Positions 47,744-56,493 of a stretch of 64,000 nucleotides of DNA are shown here, piece after piece. Within the stretch, counting starts at the first letter, position 1. Each line of letters opens with the position of its first letter. Source of the DNA: a virus (taxonomy: Duplodnaviria > Caudoviricetes). The position numbers were made by a program, and so were the translations under genes. A model generated the notes under the pieces. It did not search any database. It saw only the letters and a program-made list of their open reading frames with translations, and was not told where the DNA came from. The stretch spans positions 32,001-96,000 of IMG/VR virus record IMGVR_UViG_3300047469_000103. One strand, 5' to 3'.

Positions 47744-50464
47744 ATGGCAGAAGTAAACGGCAACCTGTTGGTAAAAGGCCAACATTTGAATTTGAAACCA
47801 GAATCTCTGAGCGCTGATCCGCTCGTAGGTTCGTTGGGCACTGACGCCCGCCTGTGGTTTAACAACACTGAAAAAGCACTGAAACTTTTCGACGGCGATG
47901 CAATTATCGCTTTGGGTGCTGGCGGTGGTGAGGGTGGCGTTTCTGCTGGTGATGTAACTACCGCGATTAATACCGCGTTGGCAAACTATTACACCGAAGC
48001 AGAAACCGCCACTGCAATTGCTGATGCAGTCGCACCACTCGCAACAACTGCAAACGTAAACACTGCAATTGCAACCGCAGTTGATAACGCTTTGGCTGGT
48101 CTGGATTTCCAAGCCGATGTTCTCGGTTTTGATACCGACTTTGCTGGCGTTGCCGGTCGTTATATTTTCCTGACTGGTGCAGGCTGGACTAACACTGCTG
48201 CCGGTGCTGCTGGTGACATTGTTGAAGTAAGCGCGGGCGGTTTAATGACTGCACTTGTTTACGATGTTTCCGCAAAAGGGCCGGGCGCTCTGACGTGGAA
48301 TCGTGATACAGGTTCGTGGCTGCGTTGGGATGGCACAAGCTGGGCAGAATTCGGCGGCCTTTCCGGTTTTACCGCTGGTAATGGTTTGTCGCAAAGTGGC
48401 GATACTGTTTCCGTAAAACTCGACGGTGCTTCTTTGACTGTCGGTGTAAACGGTTTGAAAGTTGGCGATCTTTCCGCAACTTACGTTACGCCTGCTGCAC
48501 TGGGTACAACTGTTGACGATGCTGTTGCAGCCGCCGTTCCTGCTGCTGTTGCTGACGTTGTTACTTCTTCGGGTCTGGTAAATACTACAGGTCTGAATAA
48601 CGCAATCGACAACGCTTTGACTGGATTGGATTTCCAAGCGGATGTAATCGCAATGGAAACCAGTTTTAACTCTGCGTTCCCCGGTCGTTATATTTACACC
48701 GACGGTTTTACACTGACTGGCGGCGCTGCACTCGGCGTAGAAAATGGCGACATTGTTGATGTAAACGCTGGCGGTGCAATTACTGCAATCGCTTACGATG
48801 TTTCTGTCGCTGGCCCCGGTGCGTTGGCTTGGAACCGCGCAGGTGCTGCGTGGATGCGTTGGGACGGAATTGACTGGGCTGTTTTCGGCGGTCTGACTGG
48901 CGTAACTGCTGGTGACGGTATCGAAAAAGACGGCGATATTGTCAGCGTAAAAGCCGGTAACTCTTCGATCATTGTTGACGTTGCTGGCGTAAAAGTTGGT
49001 GATCTTTCTGCCACTTACGTTACTGTTGCTTCGCTCGGTTCGCAAATTGATACCGCTGTCGGTGATGCACTCACGACCGAATTGGCTCCGTATGCAAAAA
49101 CTGCGGATGTTGCTACCGATTTGGCAACTGCGCTGACTCCGTATGCAAAAAGTGCAGATGTTACTTCGGAAATTGCTACTGCCGTAACTGGTCTGGCAAC
49201 AACTGCAAACGTAAATACTGCAATTGATGCAGCTTTGGCCGGTCTGGATTTCCAAGCCGACGTTTTGGGTCGCGAAGCTGATTTCGCTGGCGTTGCCGGT
49301 CGCTACATTATCACCGATGGTTTTTCTGGCCTGACTGCCGTTGCAAGTAATACCAACGACATTATAACCGTTGATGCTACTGGTTTGGAAATTTCGGTTG
49401 ATTACGACGTTTCTGCACAAGGGCCGGGCGCGTTGGTTTGGAGCCGTGCCGCTGCAATGTGGCTGCGTTGGAACGGTACAAACTGGGCTGAATTCGGTGG
49501 CCTGTCTGGCGTTACTGCCGGTAATGGTATCGAAACAAATGGTGCAGAAGTTTCGGTAAAAGCTGGTAACTCTTCGATTATCGTCGATGGCACTGGTGTA
49601 AAAGTTGGTGATTTGTCGGCCACTTATGTGACTCCGGCTGCCCTGACTACCGCGTTGGATACTGCGCTTACCGGCGACATTTCCGATTTGGTAGAAACTG
49701 CAATTACCGACAATTTGGTTCCGTACAAAACCGCTGCACTGACAACTGTAGAAATCACAAACGCAATTGATGGCGCTCTCGCTGGTTTGGATTTCCAAGC
49801 TGACGTGCGCGGTCTGGATACCAACTACGGTGCAGGAAATCCGGGTCGTTATATCGCTACTCCCGGTACTGCCGGTTTGTCTAACGGTGCTGGCGCTGCT
49901 GTAAACGACATTGTTCTCATTGACGGTGCTGGTAACATTACCGAAATTGTTTACGATGTTTCTGCACAAGGCGCAGGCGCACTCGTTTGGAATACAGCGA
50001 CTTCCACGTGGTTGCGTTGGGACGGTTCGACTTGGGCCGAGTTCGGTGGTCTGCAAGGTTTCACTGCTGGTAACGGTATTGAAAAAACCGGTGATGTTGT
50101 CAGCGTAAAAGCTGCGAACGCCACAATTCTTGTGGATGCCAACGGTGTGCAAGTTGGTGATCTTTCCGCAACCTACGCAACACAGGGCGATTTGACTGCT
50201 GTTGCTGGCGTGGTTAACGACGTACAGGCGCAAGTCGGTGCATCGTTCTACGGTTTCAGTTCCGGTGCAACTTCTGCAACAACTCACACCGTTACGCACA
50301 ACCTGAATTATCAGTGGCCGATTGTGCAAGTGATTGATCCTGTCACCAACAAAGTTATCACTCCCGACAGCATCGAATTCACCAGCGCAAACGAATTGGT
50401 AATTACCCTTGCTGAAGCAGCTACTCTGCGCGCCTCGGTTAGCTGGTTGAATACCACTGCGTAA
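47744..50464 (+). CDS. repeat fibre protein (head/hair fibre candidate)
   Basis: Four GLDFQADV...WLRWDG...FGG...TAGNG...VKVGDLSATY repeats; C-terminal HTVTHNL domain. Confidence 0.8.
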   Translation: MAEVNGNLLVKGQHLNLKPESLSADPLVGSLGTDARLWFNNTEKALKLFDGDAIIALGAGGGEGGVSAGDVTTAINTALANYYTEAETATAIADAVAPLATTANVNTAIATAVDNALAGLDFQADVLGFDTDFAGVAGRYIFLTGAGWTNTAAGAAGDIVEVSAGGLMTALVYDVSAKGPGALTWNRDTGSWLRWDGTSWAEFGGLSGFTAGNGLSQSGDTVSVKLDGASLTVGVNGLKVGDLSATYVTPAALGTTVDDAVAAAVPAAVADVVTSSGLVNTTGLNNAIDNALTGLDFQADVIAMETSFNSAFPGRYIYTDGFTLTGGAALGVENGDIVDVNAGGAITAIAYDVSVAGPGALAWNRAGAAWMRWDGIDWAVFGGLTGVTAGDGIEKDGDIVSVKAGNSSIIVDVAGVKVGDLSATYVTVASLGSQIDTAVGDALTTELAPYAKTADVATDLATALTPYAKSADVTSEIATAVTGLATTANVNTAIDAALAGLDFQADVLGREADFAGVAGRYIITDGFSGLTAVASNTNDIITVDATGLEISVDYDVSAQGPGALVWSRAAAMWLRWNGTNWAEFGGLSGVTAGNGIETNGAEVSVKAGNSSIIVDGTGVKVGDLSATYVTPAALTTALDTALTGDISDLVETAITDNLVPYKTAALTTVEITNAIDGALAGLDFQADVRGLDTNYGAGNPGRYIATPGTAGLSNGAGAAVNDIVLIDGAGNITEIVYDVSAQGAGALVWNTATSTWLRWDGSTWAEFGGLQGFTAGNGIEKTGDVVSVKAANATILVDANGVQVGDLSATYATQGDLTAVAGVVNDVQAQVGASFYGFSSGATSATTHTVTHNLNYQWPIVQVIDPVTNKVITPDSIEFTSANELVITLAEAATLRASVSWLNTTA

Positions 50465-50483
50465 TATCACGCAATAAAAGGAC

Positions 50484-50507
50484 GGGGGCCATGTGCCCCC
50501 TTTCTTT
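50484..50507 (+). terminator. intrinsic terminator
   Basis: GGGGGC-CATGT-GCCCCC-TTTCTTT. Confidence 0.75.
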
Positions 50508-50526
50508 GGTTTAAAATGGGGGATTT

Positions 50527-50688
50527 ATGCTTGTACTAATTGATGCAAAACCAGTTACAGACAAAAAGACTGTACGGAAAATGCAACGCCTCACCAAACG
50601 CAAAATCATGAATCGTCAAGACAGCATCGACGACGAAGATGCAAAGGTAGGCCCGAACCGTGGCAATGAAGCCGTGTTCAACAAGTGA
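50527..50688 (+). CDS. 53-aa protein missing from the ORF track
   Basis: GGGGGA RBS; MLVLIDAKPVTDKKTVRKMQRLTKRKIMNRQDSIDDEDAKVGPNRGNEAVFNK. Confidence 0.6.
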   Translation: MLVLIDAKPVTDKKTVRKMQRLTKRKIMNRQDSIDDEDAKVGPNRGNEAVFNK

Positions 50689-50695
50689 GATAAAC

Positions 50696-50965
50696 GTGGA
50701 AACAATTAAAAAGTGGGGCATGTGGATTGTTGGCGCGTGCGTTTTTCTTCTGAGTATCATTGCGGTACTCGGGCGCCAGAAAGAAGAGCCGAAAGCTGAT
50801 TCCGGTAATGCAAAAGTTACTGAGCAAGAAGTGGAAAAGGCCAAAGAACAACACGACGAAATTGTCGAGTCACAAAAGGCAGCCGTCGATAAAGTCAACA
50901 CACCTATTCCGCCGAGCAACGCTGCGGACATTGACGCAGCAATCGAGGAATGGAAAAACACGTGA
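50696..50965 (+). CDS. i-spanin-like inner-membrane protein
   Basis: N-terminal TM (WGMWIVGACVFLLSIIAVLG) plus helical periplasmic region; next to the holin. Confidence 0.6.
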   Translation: METIKKWGMWIVGACVFLLSIIAVLGRQKEEPKADSGNAKVTEQEVEKAKEQHDEIVESQKAAVDKVNTPIPPSNAADIDAAIEEWKNT

Positions 50966-50973
50966 GATAAGTC

Positions 50974-51471
50974 ATGGAATTTTTCGTTAAAGCGATTGAG
51001 AAAGTAATCGAAGTACCACTCGAAGACGCGTTCGGGTTTTTCTTTTGCACCCTTTGCGGTGTGATCGTAAGTTGGATTTTCAAGTGCCGTCGTGAAGGCA
51101 TCAAACTGTCGTCGTACTGGATGGAAAACATCGGAAGTTCGCTGGGTGTTTTCGGTGCGGCTTTCGCAACTTTCATTATCACAATCATTACCGAACCGGG
51201 CGTGGGGAAAATCACCTATCTCGCAATTGGTATGGCTGCGGATTCCATGTTGAATAAACCGCCGTTGCCTGCTGCGATAAAGGTTGCGCTCGACAAAATC
51301 GAGGCGGTACAAAATGCGTCTGATCTTGCTAATCCTGATCCTACTGCTGCCAGCGTGCGCGCAACAAATGAGCAATCAGCCGCCTGCGCCCATGCAGTTG
51401 AACAAATTGGAAAAAACTACACTGTCGGCGTCCCTACCGGACAAACCAATTCCGAAAGCGGTAACGGTTGA
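50974..51471 (+). CDS. holin-like membrane protein
   Basis: Two to three hydrophobic segments; lysis-cassette context. Confidence 0.6.
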   Translation: MEFFVKAIEKVIEVPLEDAFGFFFCTLCGVIVSWIFKCRREGIKLSSYWMENIGSSLGVFGAAFATFIITIITEPGVGKITYLAIGMAADSMLNKPPLPAAIKVALDKIEAVQNASDLANPDPTAASVRATNEQSAACAHAVEQIGKNYTVGVPTGQTNSESGNG

Positions 51472-51760
51472 CGGTGAAAAGATGGCCGCGTTTTCGTTGT
51501 CAGAAATGAATCAATTAAACGATTACGCGAAGCAGGCGAAGGCCAACACGGAAGGCTTGAACCTGCTTGTTGTTGCGCATAACCAGACAATTGCACAAAA
51601 TAATTTGATGGTAGATATTGCGAAACAACAGGAAGCGCGAGCAAATGACAACTACGCGCTTTATGTGAGGGAATTCAACGCCCACGAACAGGATAAAACT
51701 TGGTGGGCTGTTGAAAAGATATTTTGGCAAGCGCTAGCCATCATCGGCATGGCGCTCTAG
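51314..51760 (+). CDS. spanin-like lipoprotein with hydrophobic C-terminus
   Basis: GAGG RBS; MRLILLILILLLPAC lipobox-like signal; coiled coil; WWAVEKIFWQALAIIGMAL tail. Confidence 0.7.
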   Translation: MRLILLILILLLPACAQQMSNQPPAPMQLNKLEKTTLSASLPDKPIPKAVTVDGEKMAAFSLSEMNQLNDYAKQAKANTEGLNLLVVAHNQTIAQNNLMVDIAKQQEARANDNYALYVREFNAHEQDKTWWAVEKIFWQALAIIGMAL

Positions 51761-51766
51761 GGGGAT

Positions 51767-52213
51767 GTGATGCGAATTAGCAATAGTTTTACCGATGCAG
51801 ATGTGAGCTTCGATCTGATCGCGATCAAAAACAAAATCAATAACACTGCACCGCGTTCGGCTCTGCTGAACGCTGAAGTGTTGGCGGAAAACATTCTTGA
51901 ACCGCTGAAAGAAAAGTTCGATTTTCGTGTAGTCAGTTGGTATCGCAGCGCCGTGCTTGAGCGCGAGTATTGCAAAGGTTCTTTTCACGAATGGACGCGC
52001 GCACAAGGCGTAGCATTCAACGACCGTAACTGGTACGAATACCTCAAGGAAAAGCAACACGTTCTCGGTTGTGCCGTGGCGATTGTAGGTTCCGATAATT
52101 CCGCAATTTTCGAATGGTTGCAAACGCAGACCTTCGACATTTTGCAGATGCGTGACGGATACATTCATGTGTCCTACGTCAAAGATGCAAACCGCATGCT
52201 CGTACTGAGCTAA
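51767..52213 (+). CDS. peptidase M15A-like protein (endolysin family), degenerate Zn site
   Basis: ILEPLKEKF..VVSWYRS, QHVLGCAV(A)I and YIHVSY motifs. Confidence 0.8.
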   Translation: MMRISNSFTDADVSFDLIAIKNKINNTAPRSALLNAEVLAENILEPLKEKFDFRVVSWYRSAVLEREYCKGSFHEWTRAQGVAFNDRNWYEYLKEKQHVLGCAVAIVGSDNSAIFEWLQTQTFDILQMRDGYIHVSYVKDANRMLVLS

Positions 52214-52222
52214 TTCCGAAGC

Positions 52223-52270
52223 AAAAAAAGCCCCGTTTCCGTAATTGGATTCGGGGCTTTTTTCGTTTCA
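52223..52270. terminator. bidirectional terminator, copy 2 of a conserved element
   Basis: A7-GCCCCG-TT-TCC-GTAATT-GGA-TT-CGGGGC-T6 between convergent genes. Confidence 0.85.
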
Positions 52271-52543
52271 GTCGTCGGAATCTAAATCCTCTTCGACTGG
52301 TGGAGCATCGTCGGTTTCAAACCAAGTTTTCTTGCCGGTGAACCAGCAATTCATTGGTACGTGTACGCGACAAAACAAGTGGCCGGAAAATTCGCTGAAT
52401 GGTCGGCTTCCCATTTCGCCCATGTAGCCGACGAATTGCAAATCACCGTAAACTTCTACCAGCGTTGGACGCGCTTTACTGTCGGGCAAGTTGATGAAAA
52501 AGAATCCATCACGTTTTACCTTATCGAAAGGGATTACATTCAT
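52268..52543 (-). CDS. YW-family small protein
   Basis: Start MNVIPF coupled by ATGA; DGFFFI...PTLVEV. Confidence 0.7.
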   Translation of the reverse strand: MNVIPFDKVKRDGFFFINLPDSKARPTLVEVYGDLQFVGYMGEMGSRPFSEFSGHLFCRVHVPMNCWFTGKKTWFETDDAPPVEEDLDSDD

Positions 52544-53124
52544 GACCACTTCGCCGTCAGTTCTGTGTCCAATTCTTTCCAGTCCATTCCACGCGCTTGC
52601 AGAACAGATTGAATATTGTCGTTGCAACCTTTGTCCTGATTGCACGCCAGCATAACGTATTTCGAATTACCGGCGACGATGCTTTCAAAAACATTCAGCG
52701 CCAAAGTATCTTCGACAATGCGACCATTCACATTCATGAATTGATCGACTTTTGGCATCTTGCTATCCGTCATGACCGGGCGCAGAATCGCACGCATAAC
52801 GTGTTGCATGATTTTGTCCATGTTCCCGGCCATCATCAAATCAACATCCGGCCCGTAGATAAACGACGGGTAGAAATTAACTGGCAATGTGGAATCAATT
52901 TTGGTGATGTGTGGCGCGATGTTTACGAATTCGTTATTCGACTGGTACACACCGTTAATGCCTTCGAACGCGTTGCCTAAGTTGCCATGCACGCGAGCGA
53001 ATTTCTCGCCGTTGCAAATGTGCGTATACCGGATTTTACTGTCCACGGTATACGACGGAAACAATTGCAACATTCCGTCTTCTAACACGCGATTCATTTG
53101 TGATTCAGAGAGCAGCAACGCCAT
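52540..53124 (-). CDS. hypothetical protein
   Basis: ORF in the operon. Confidence 0.75.
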   Translation of the reverse strand: MALLLSESQMNRVLEDGMLQLFPSYTVDSKIRYTHICNGEKFARVHGNLGNAFEGINGVYQSNNEFVNIAPHITKIDSTLPVNFYPSFIYGPDVDLMMAGNMDKIMQHVMRAILRPVMTDSKMPKVDQFMNVNGRIVEDTLALNVFESIVAGNSKYVMLACNQDKGCNDNIQSVLQARGMDWKELDTELTAKWS

Positions 53125-53359
53125 TGGTAAGCCTCACACTGAAACGTTCCAACCCTAAACTATCAGCGAAGCATTTTGCTGTATCAAGCTGACGGGTTGT
53201 GTATGGATAATTATCGAGCCGACGCAGGAAGTACACAGTTCCATTCTCGTGCATAAGCTCAATGGTATATTCGTTGTCGTCTTTTGATTGACGCACCGCT
53301 GTCATGCTAAGCAGATTTTTCCGAAGCTTTTGCGCTTCTTGTTTTGTAATCGAAAGCAT
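53105..53359 (-). CDS. hypothetical protein
   Basis: Start MLSITK after a GGA RBS. Confidence 0.6.
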   Translation of the reverse strand: MLSITKQEAQKLRKNLLSMTAVRQSKDDNEYTIELMHENGTVYFLRRLDNYPYTTRQLDTAKCFADSLGLERFSVRLTNGVAAL

Positions 53360-53425
53360 TTTGTAACATCCGTTTATGTGCGCCCGCCATCGACACACGC
53401 AGGTCTGAAACCCATGATTGATAAA

Positions 53426-53458
53426 AGAGTGTGCAGGATTACACACTCTCTTAAATTA
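53426..53458 (-). promoter_or_regulatory. TAATTTAA motif directly followed by a hairpin (weak terminator)
   Basis: Minus strand CTAATTTAAG-AGAGTGTG-TAATCCTG-CACACTCT-TTT. Confidence 0.45.
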
Positions 53459-53461
53459 GCA

Positions 53462-53767
53462 CTAACGAGAGTATGGGTGCCGTGATCGGGCCTCAGACTT
53501 TTTCTTTTTGATAACGTTTCGAACCACAGCCTTATCGCCGGGGAAGAAATCAATTGCAGTCGGCTCTTCAATTTCCATGAACAGAAAATCTTTCATTTGA
53601 TTGATCGGTCGAACCTGATCGGTGCCAAGAAATTGCACGTGAATCATCGGCATTTCCCCAGCCGGTAAATACGTGCGAATTTGTGTCGGCTCTGTCGGAG
53701 TATCCTTTTCGATAATCCAGTAAGATGTGTTCGGGCTTGTTTCCATCCACGACTTCGGCGTCTTCAT
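53462..53767 (-). CDS. YW-family small protein
   Basis: NTSYWII...FLFMEIEEP. Confidence 0.75.
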   Translation of the reverse strand: MKTPKSWMETSPNTSYWIIEKDTPTEPTQIRTYLPAGEMPMIHVQFLGTDQVRPINQMKDFLFMEIEEPTAIDFFPGDKAVVRNVIKKKKSEARSRHPYSR

Positions 53768-53793
53768 GGAAAGTCCTTTTTGGTCAGTAGGGT

Positions 53794-54087
53794 TTATTCT
53801 TCTTCGTCACGCGCTTGCAGCAACTCAGGGAATTGCTTTTCTTCTGCGTGGTCTTTCCACACTTGAATATCAATGTGTGGGATTTCGATAAACATGCAGT
53901 CGTCGAACAGTTCGGCGCTATCGCCGTGTTCGTTTTCTTCCAACTGGATTTGCATTTCGCCCGGTCGGCTGTTGTACAGATACGTCTTGCAAACGCGGTG
54001 CTGATCGACAGGAAGAATGACCAAACTTTTCGGGAAAATCCAATAGTGTTTATCGGCTTCCAGTTCGTGCGCTTCTAGAATTTTCAT
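53794..54087 (-). CDS. YW-family small protein
   Basis: GAGGTG RBS; ADKHYWIF...MFIEIP. Confidence 0.75.
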   Translation of the reverse strand: MKILEAHELEADKHYWIFPKSLVILPVDQHRVCKTYLYNSRPGEMQIQLEENEHGDSAELFDDCMFIEIPHIDIQVWKDHAEEKQFPELLQARDEEE

Positions 54088-54094
54088 GTTCACC

Positions 54095-54382
54095 TCAGAA
54101 GTGAAGTTTCGATGGTGTGTCGTCAAAATCCGGTGCAGGTTCGATCCAACGTTTCGCTTTAATCAAATCGTATTGCATCGTTTCAGGCTTGACGATTTCG
54201 TACATGGAATAATCCGTCAAGCCGTCAATCTCACGAAAGATCGTCATGCGCCCGTCGATATTACGCAGCACCAAACGATCCCCGCGTAAAACACATTCAA
54301 CCAATTGCATGCCGGTGCCATCATTGCGAAAAAGCCAATAATGTTTATCCCGTTCTGCATCGGTAGGCATTAACAAAATCAT
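54095..54382 (-). CDS. YW-family small protein
   Basis: RDKHYWLF...QLVEC...MYEIVKP. Confidence 0.75.
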   Translation of the reverse strand: MILLMPTDAERDKHYWLFRNDGTGMQLVECVLRGDRLVLRNIDGRMTIFREIDGLTDYSMYEIVKPETMQYDLIKAKRWIEPAPDFDDTPSKLHF

Positions 54383-55050
54383 TCGTCGTCACCACGTCCG
54401 TAACGAGGCAGCATAATTCCGTCCTCTACATCAGCGCCCATGATGAATTTGTAAAACGCAGCAGACGGCGGCACACCGAGGCGAATGTAATGGGCGAGTC
54501 CGTCAGGCCATTTCCAGCCCTTGTATTCGAATTCGGAACAACCCAAATTTTCATTCGTCAAACGGCAGTAACTGTAACCGCGATACTTGACTTCTTTTGC
54601 AAGGTCTTCAGTGTCCACGAGTTTTTCGATGAATGCTTGCACGTTGAAACCCGCAATTTCCATCGGCACCGGCCACGGACAATCAGCGTCTTGCATGTTC
54701 GAATAATGCCGAACGTTTGCACCGGGCAATTCGTCTTTCGGCGGAATCACTTCGAAGCGGCGCCAGTAGCCTTCGATACGAAACGGGAACTTACTGTGTT
54801 GATTTACAGTATGGAATTTATGGAACGCGGCGTGTGCAATCTGATCCAGAATTCCACGACTGATTTTCGGTGCGTCGTCAATGCGGATGAAAATTTGCGT
54901 TTGATATTCGCTTGTGGACTGGTCGTTACTGTTGCCCGTAAACATCAGGGTAGTGCCGCTGATTTCCACCATGCACGGCTCTGCATCATTCACATCGCTG
55001 TACATCCAGTAATAGCCGTTAGTCAAACGATCCCACGTGAAAACGTTCAT
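54379..55050 (-). CDS. YW-family domain fused to a YRGYSYCR/WPDGLAHY domain
   Basis: NGYYWMY...PCMVEI...IFIRIDDAP N-terminus. Confidence 0.75.
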   Translation of the reverse strand: MNVFTWDRLTNGYYWMYSDVNDAEPCMVEISGTTLMFTGNSNDQSTSEYQTQIFIRIDDAPKISRGILDQIAHAAFHKFHTVNQHSKFPFRIEGYWRRFEVIPPKDELPGANVRHYSNMQDADCPWPVPMEIAGFNVQAFIEKLVDTEDLAKEVKYRGYSYCRLTNENLGCSEFEYKGWKWPDGLAHYIRLGVPPSAAFYKFIMGADVEDGIMLPRYGRGDDE

Positions 55051-55052
55051 GA

Positions 55053-55478
55053 TTATTCCTCGAAGTAGAGCAAGTCTTTTGGCACACGCGGCGCTTCGGC
55101 AACCGGGTAAAAGACGTGAGTATTTTCACGGAAACGAATTAACTCAGGATCGTTCATGGCGATGCACGTGTAAATCGTTTCGTCTTTGGTGTTGCGCACG
55201 ACAATTTCAATAATGTCGCGCTCCGTGGCGTCCGCCCGGTCAATCATCCAGTACATAATGCCGACTTCCAGATTGCGCCAGTCAGTAATAAATTCTGGTT
55301 CTTTCGGTTCTGGAAAATCAGCCCAGTATGGATACGCCTGCGGAATACTGGTAACGTGATCTACACTAACCGCCGTCCAATGCTTTTTGTTGATTTCGTA
55401 AGCCAAGACATTATGAACTGCCTTGTCACGCTCAGGCGGATTAACGCGGGTGGTGTATACTTCCAATTCCAACTTCAT
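55053..55478 (-). CDS. DUF551-like domain fused to a YW-family domain
   Basis: YPYWADFPEP, then VGIMYWMI...IIEI...VFYPVAEAP. Confidence 0.7.
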   Translation of the reverse strand: MKLELEVYTTRVNPPERDKAVHNVLAYEINKKHWTAVSVDHVTSIPQAYPYWADFPEPKEPEFITDWRNLEVGIMYWMIDRADATERDIIEIVVRNTKDETIYTCIAMNDPELIRFRENTHVFYPVAEAPRVPKDLLYFEE

Positions 55479-55804
55479 AGCTGGCCCTTAATAAGTTTCA
55501 TGACCGTTAGGCCGTGGCACTGTTTCGGAAAGCAATGACAAAGTAATCGAATTGATTCCCCTGCACTGTAGCGTTTCCGTAGCGCGTGAATTCGTTTAGC
55601 GAAGGGGCCGTTTTTCAACATTCGCGCCTTCGCCAGTTTCTCGTATTTCGCACAGACTTCCGCACGTGTGCCGTCTTTCCCAATATGATATTTGTTTCCA
55701 AAAATCGTATCGCGATTAATCAGCACATCGACATAGCCAAGCATCGGGCCGTCACTAACGCGGCCTAACGTGACCGAACCTGTGCGTGCAAACATGCCCG
55801 CCAT
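55475..55804 (-). CDS. DUF4326-family protein
   Basis: INRDTIFGNKYHIGKDGTRAEV...LLCHCFPKQCHG. Confidence 0.85.
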   Translation of the reverse strand: MAGMFARTGSVTLGRVSDGPMLGYVDVLINRDTIFGNKYHIGKDGTRAEVCAKYEKLAKARMLKNGPFAKRIHALRKRYSAGESIRLLCHCFPKQCHGLTVMKLIKGQL

Positions 55805-56493
55805 TATGCTGTGAAAAATTCAACAAATGTACGGCGTTCGGTTTCAAACATGTTTTCATAGAACGGCAGTGTCGGCATTGGCTCTGCGTGTTTGTAGATT
55901 GCCAGCCTGCGCACAAATGTGGTGGTCAAACGATTCTGCATCAACGCTTGCAACACTTCGTCTTCGGAAATCAGCTTGTTATTAACGACTTCGAAAACGT
56001 AAATGTCTTTCGCAACTTTCCAGTCACCGAACCAGTTTTCCAGATTGTCTACCCATCCGCTTTCATGCGTACCGAAAGTAATGCCGACTTGCTGGCGATT
56101 ATTCGTTTCGATATCTGCCAGAATGATTTGCGTACCCGGCAGACGAATGTGTATGTGAGGCAACTGGTCATCGCTCACCGGGAAATATTCAACCGGCATG
56201 CGGATTTTTTCTTTGATGTAGGCCATCACGCTAGTGAGTTTGTCTTCCGCTGCTTCGTATTCAATCAGCGACAAAACATGCGCTTCTTTTACGCGCTCGA
56301 AATAGGCGTCGAAGGTTTCGATTTCGTCAGGGAATGTGAAGGCGCCGGGAGTGCCGATGTACAGCGCGTTATCCGGGTAAAGTTGTACGTTCATTTCACG
56401 CTTATCAAACGCAATCGTGTTGTCTTTCGGGCAAACTTCAGATTTCGTTTGCATCAGATTTTCGACGTTAACGATAAACTCTTCGCGATTCAT
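55804..56493 (-). CDS. hypothetical protein
   Basis: GGAG RBS; MNREEF start coupled by ATGA. Confidence 0.75.
   Translation of the reverse strand: MNREEFIVNVENLMQTKSEVCPKDNTIAFDKREMNVQLYPDNALYIGTPGAFTFPDEIETFDAYFERVKEAHVLSLIEYEAAEDKLTSVMAYIKEKIRMPVEYFPVSDDQLPHIHIRLPGTQIILADIETNNRQQVGITFGTHESGWVDNLENWFGDWKVAKDIYVFEVVNNKLISEDEVLQALMQNRLTTTFVRRLAIYKHAEPMPTLPFYENMFETERRTFVEFFTA

Noticed and set aside
48242-50470. 742-aa minus-strand ORF
   Set aside because: Antisense shadow of the repeat fibre gene caused by its codon bias; no RBS or recognisable domain
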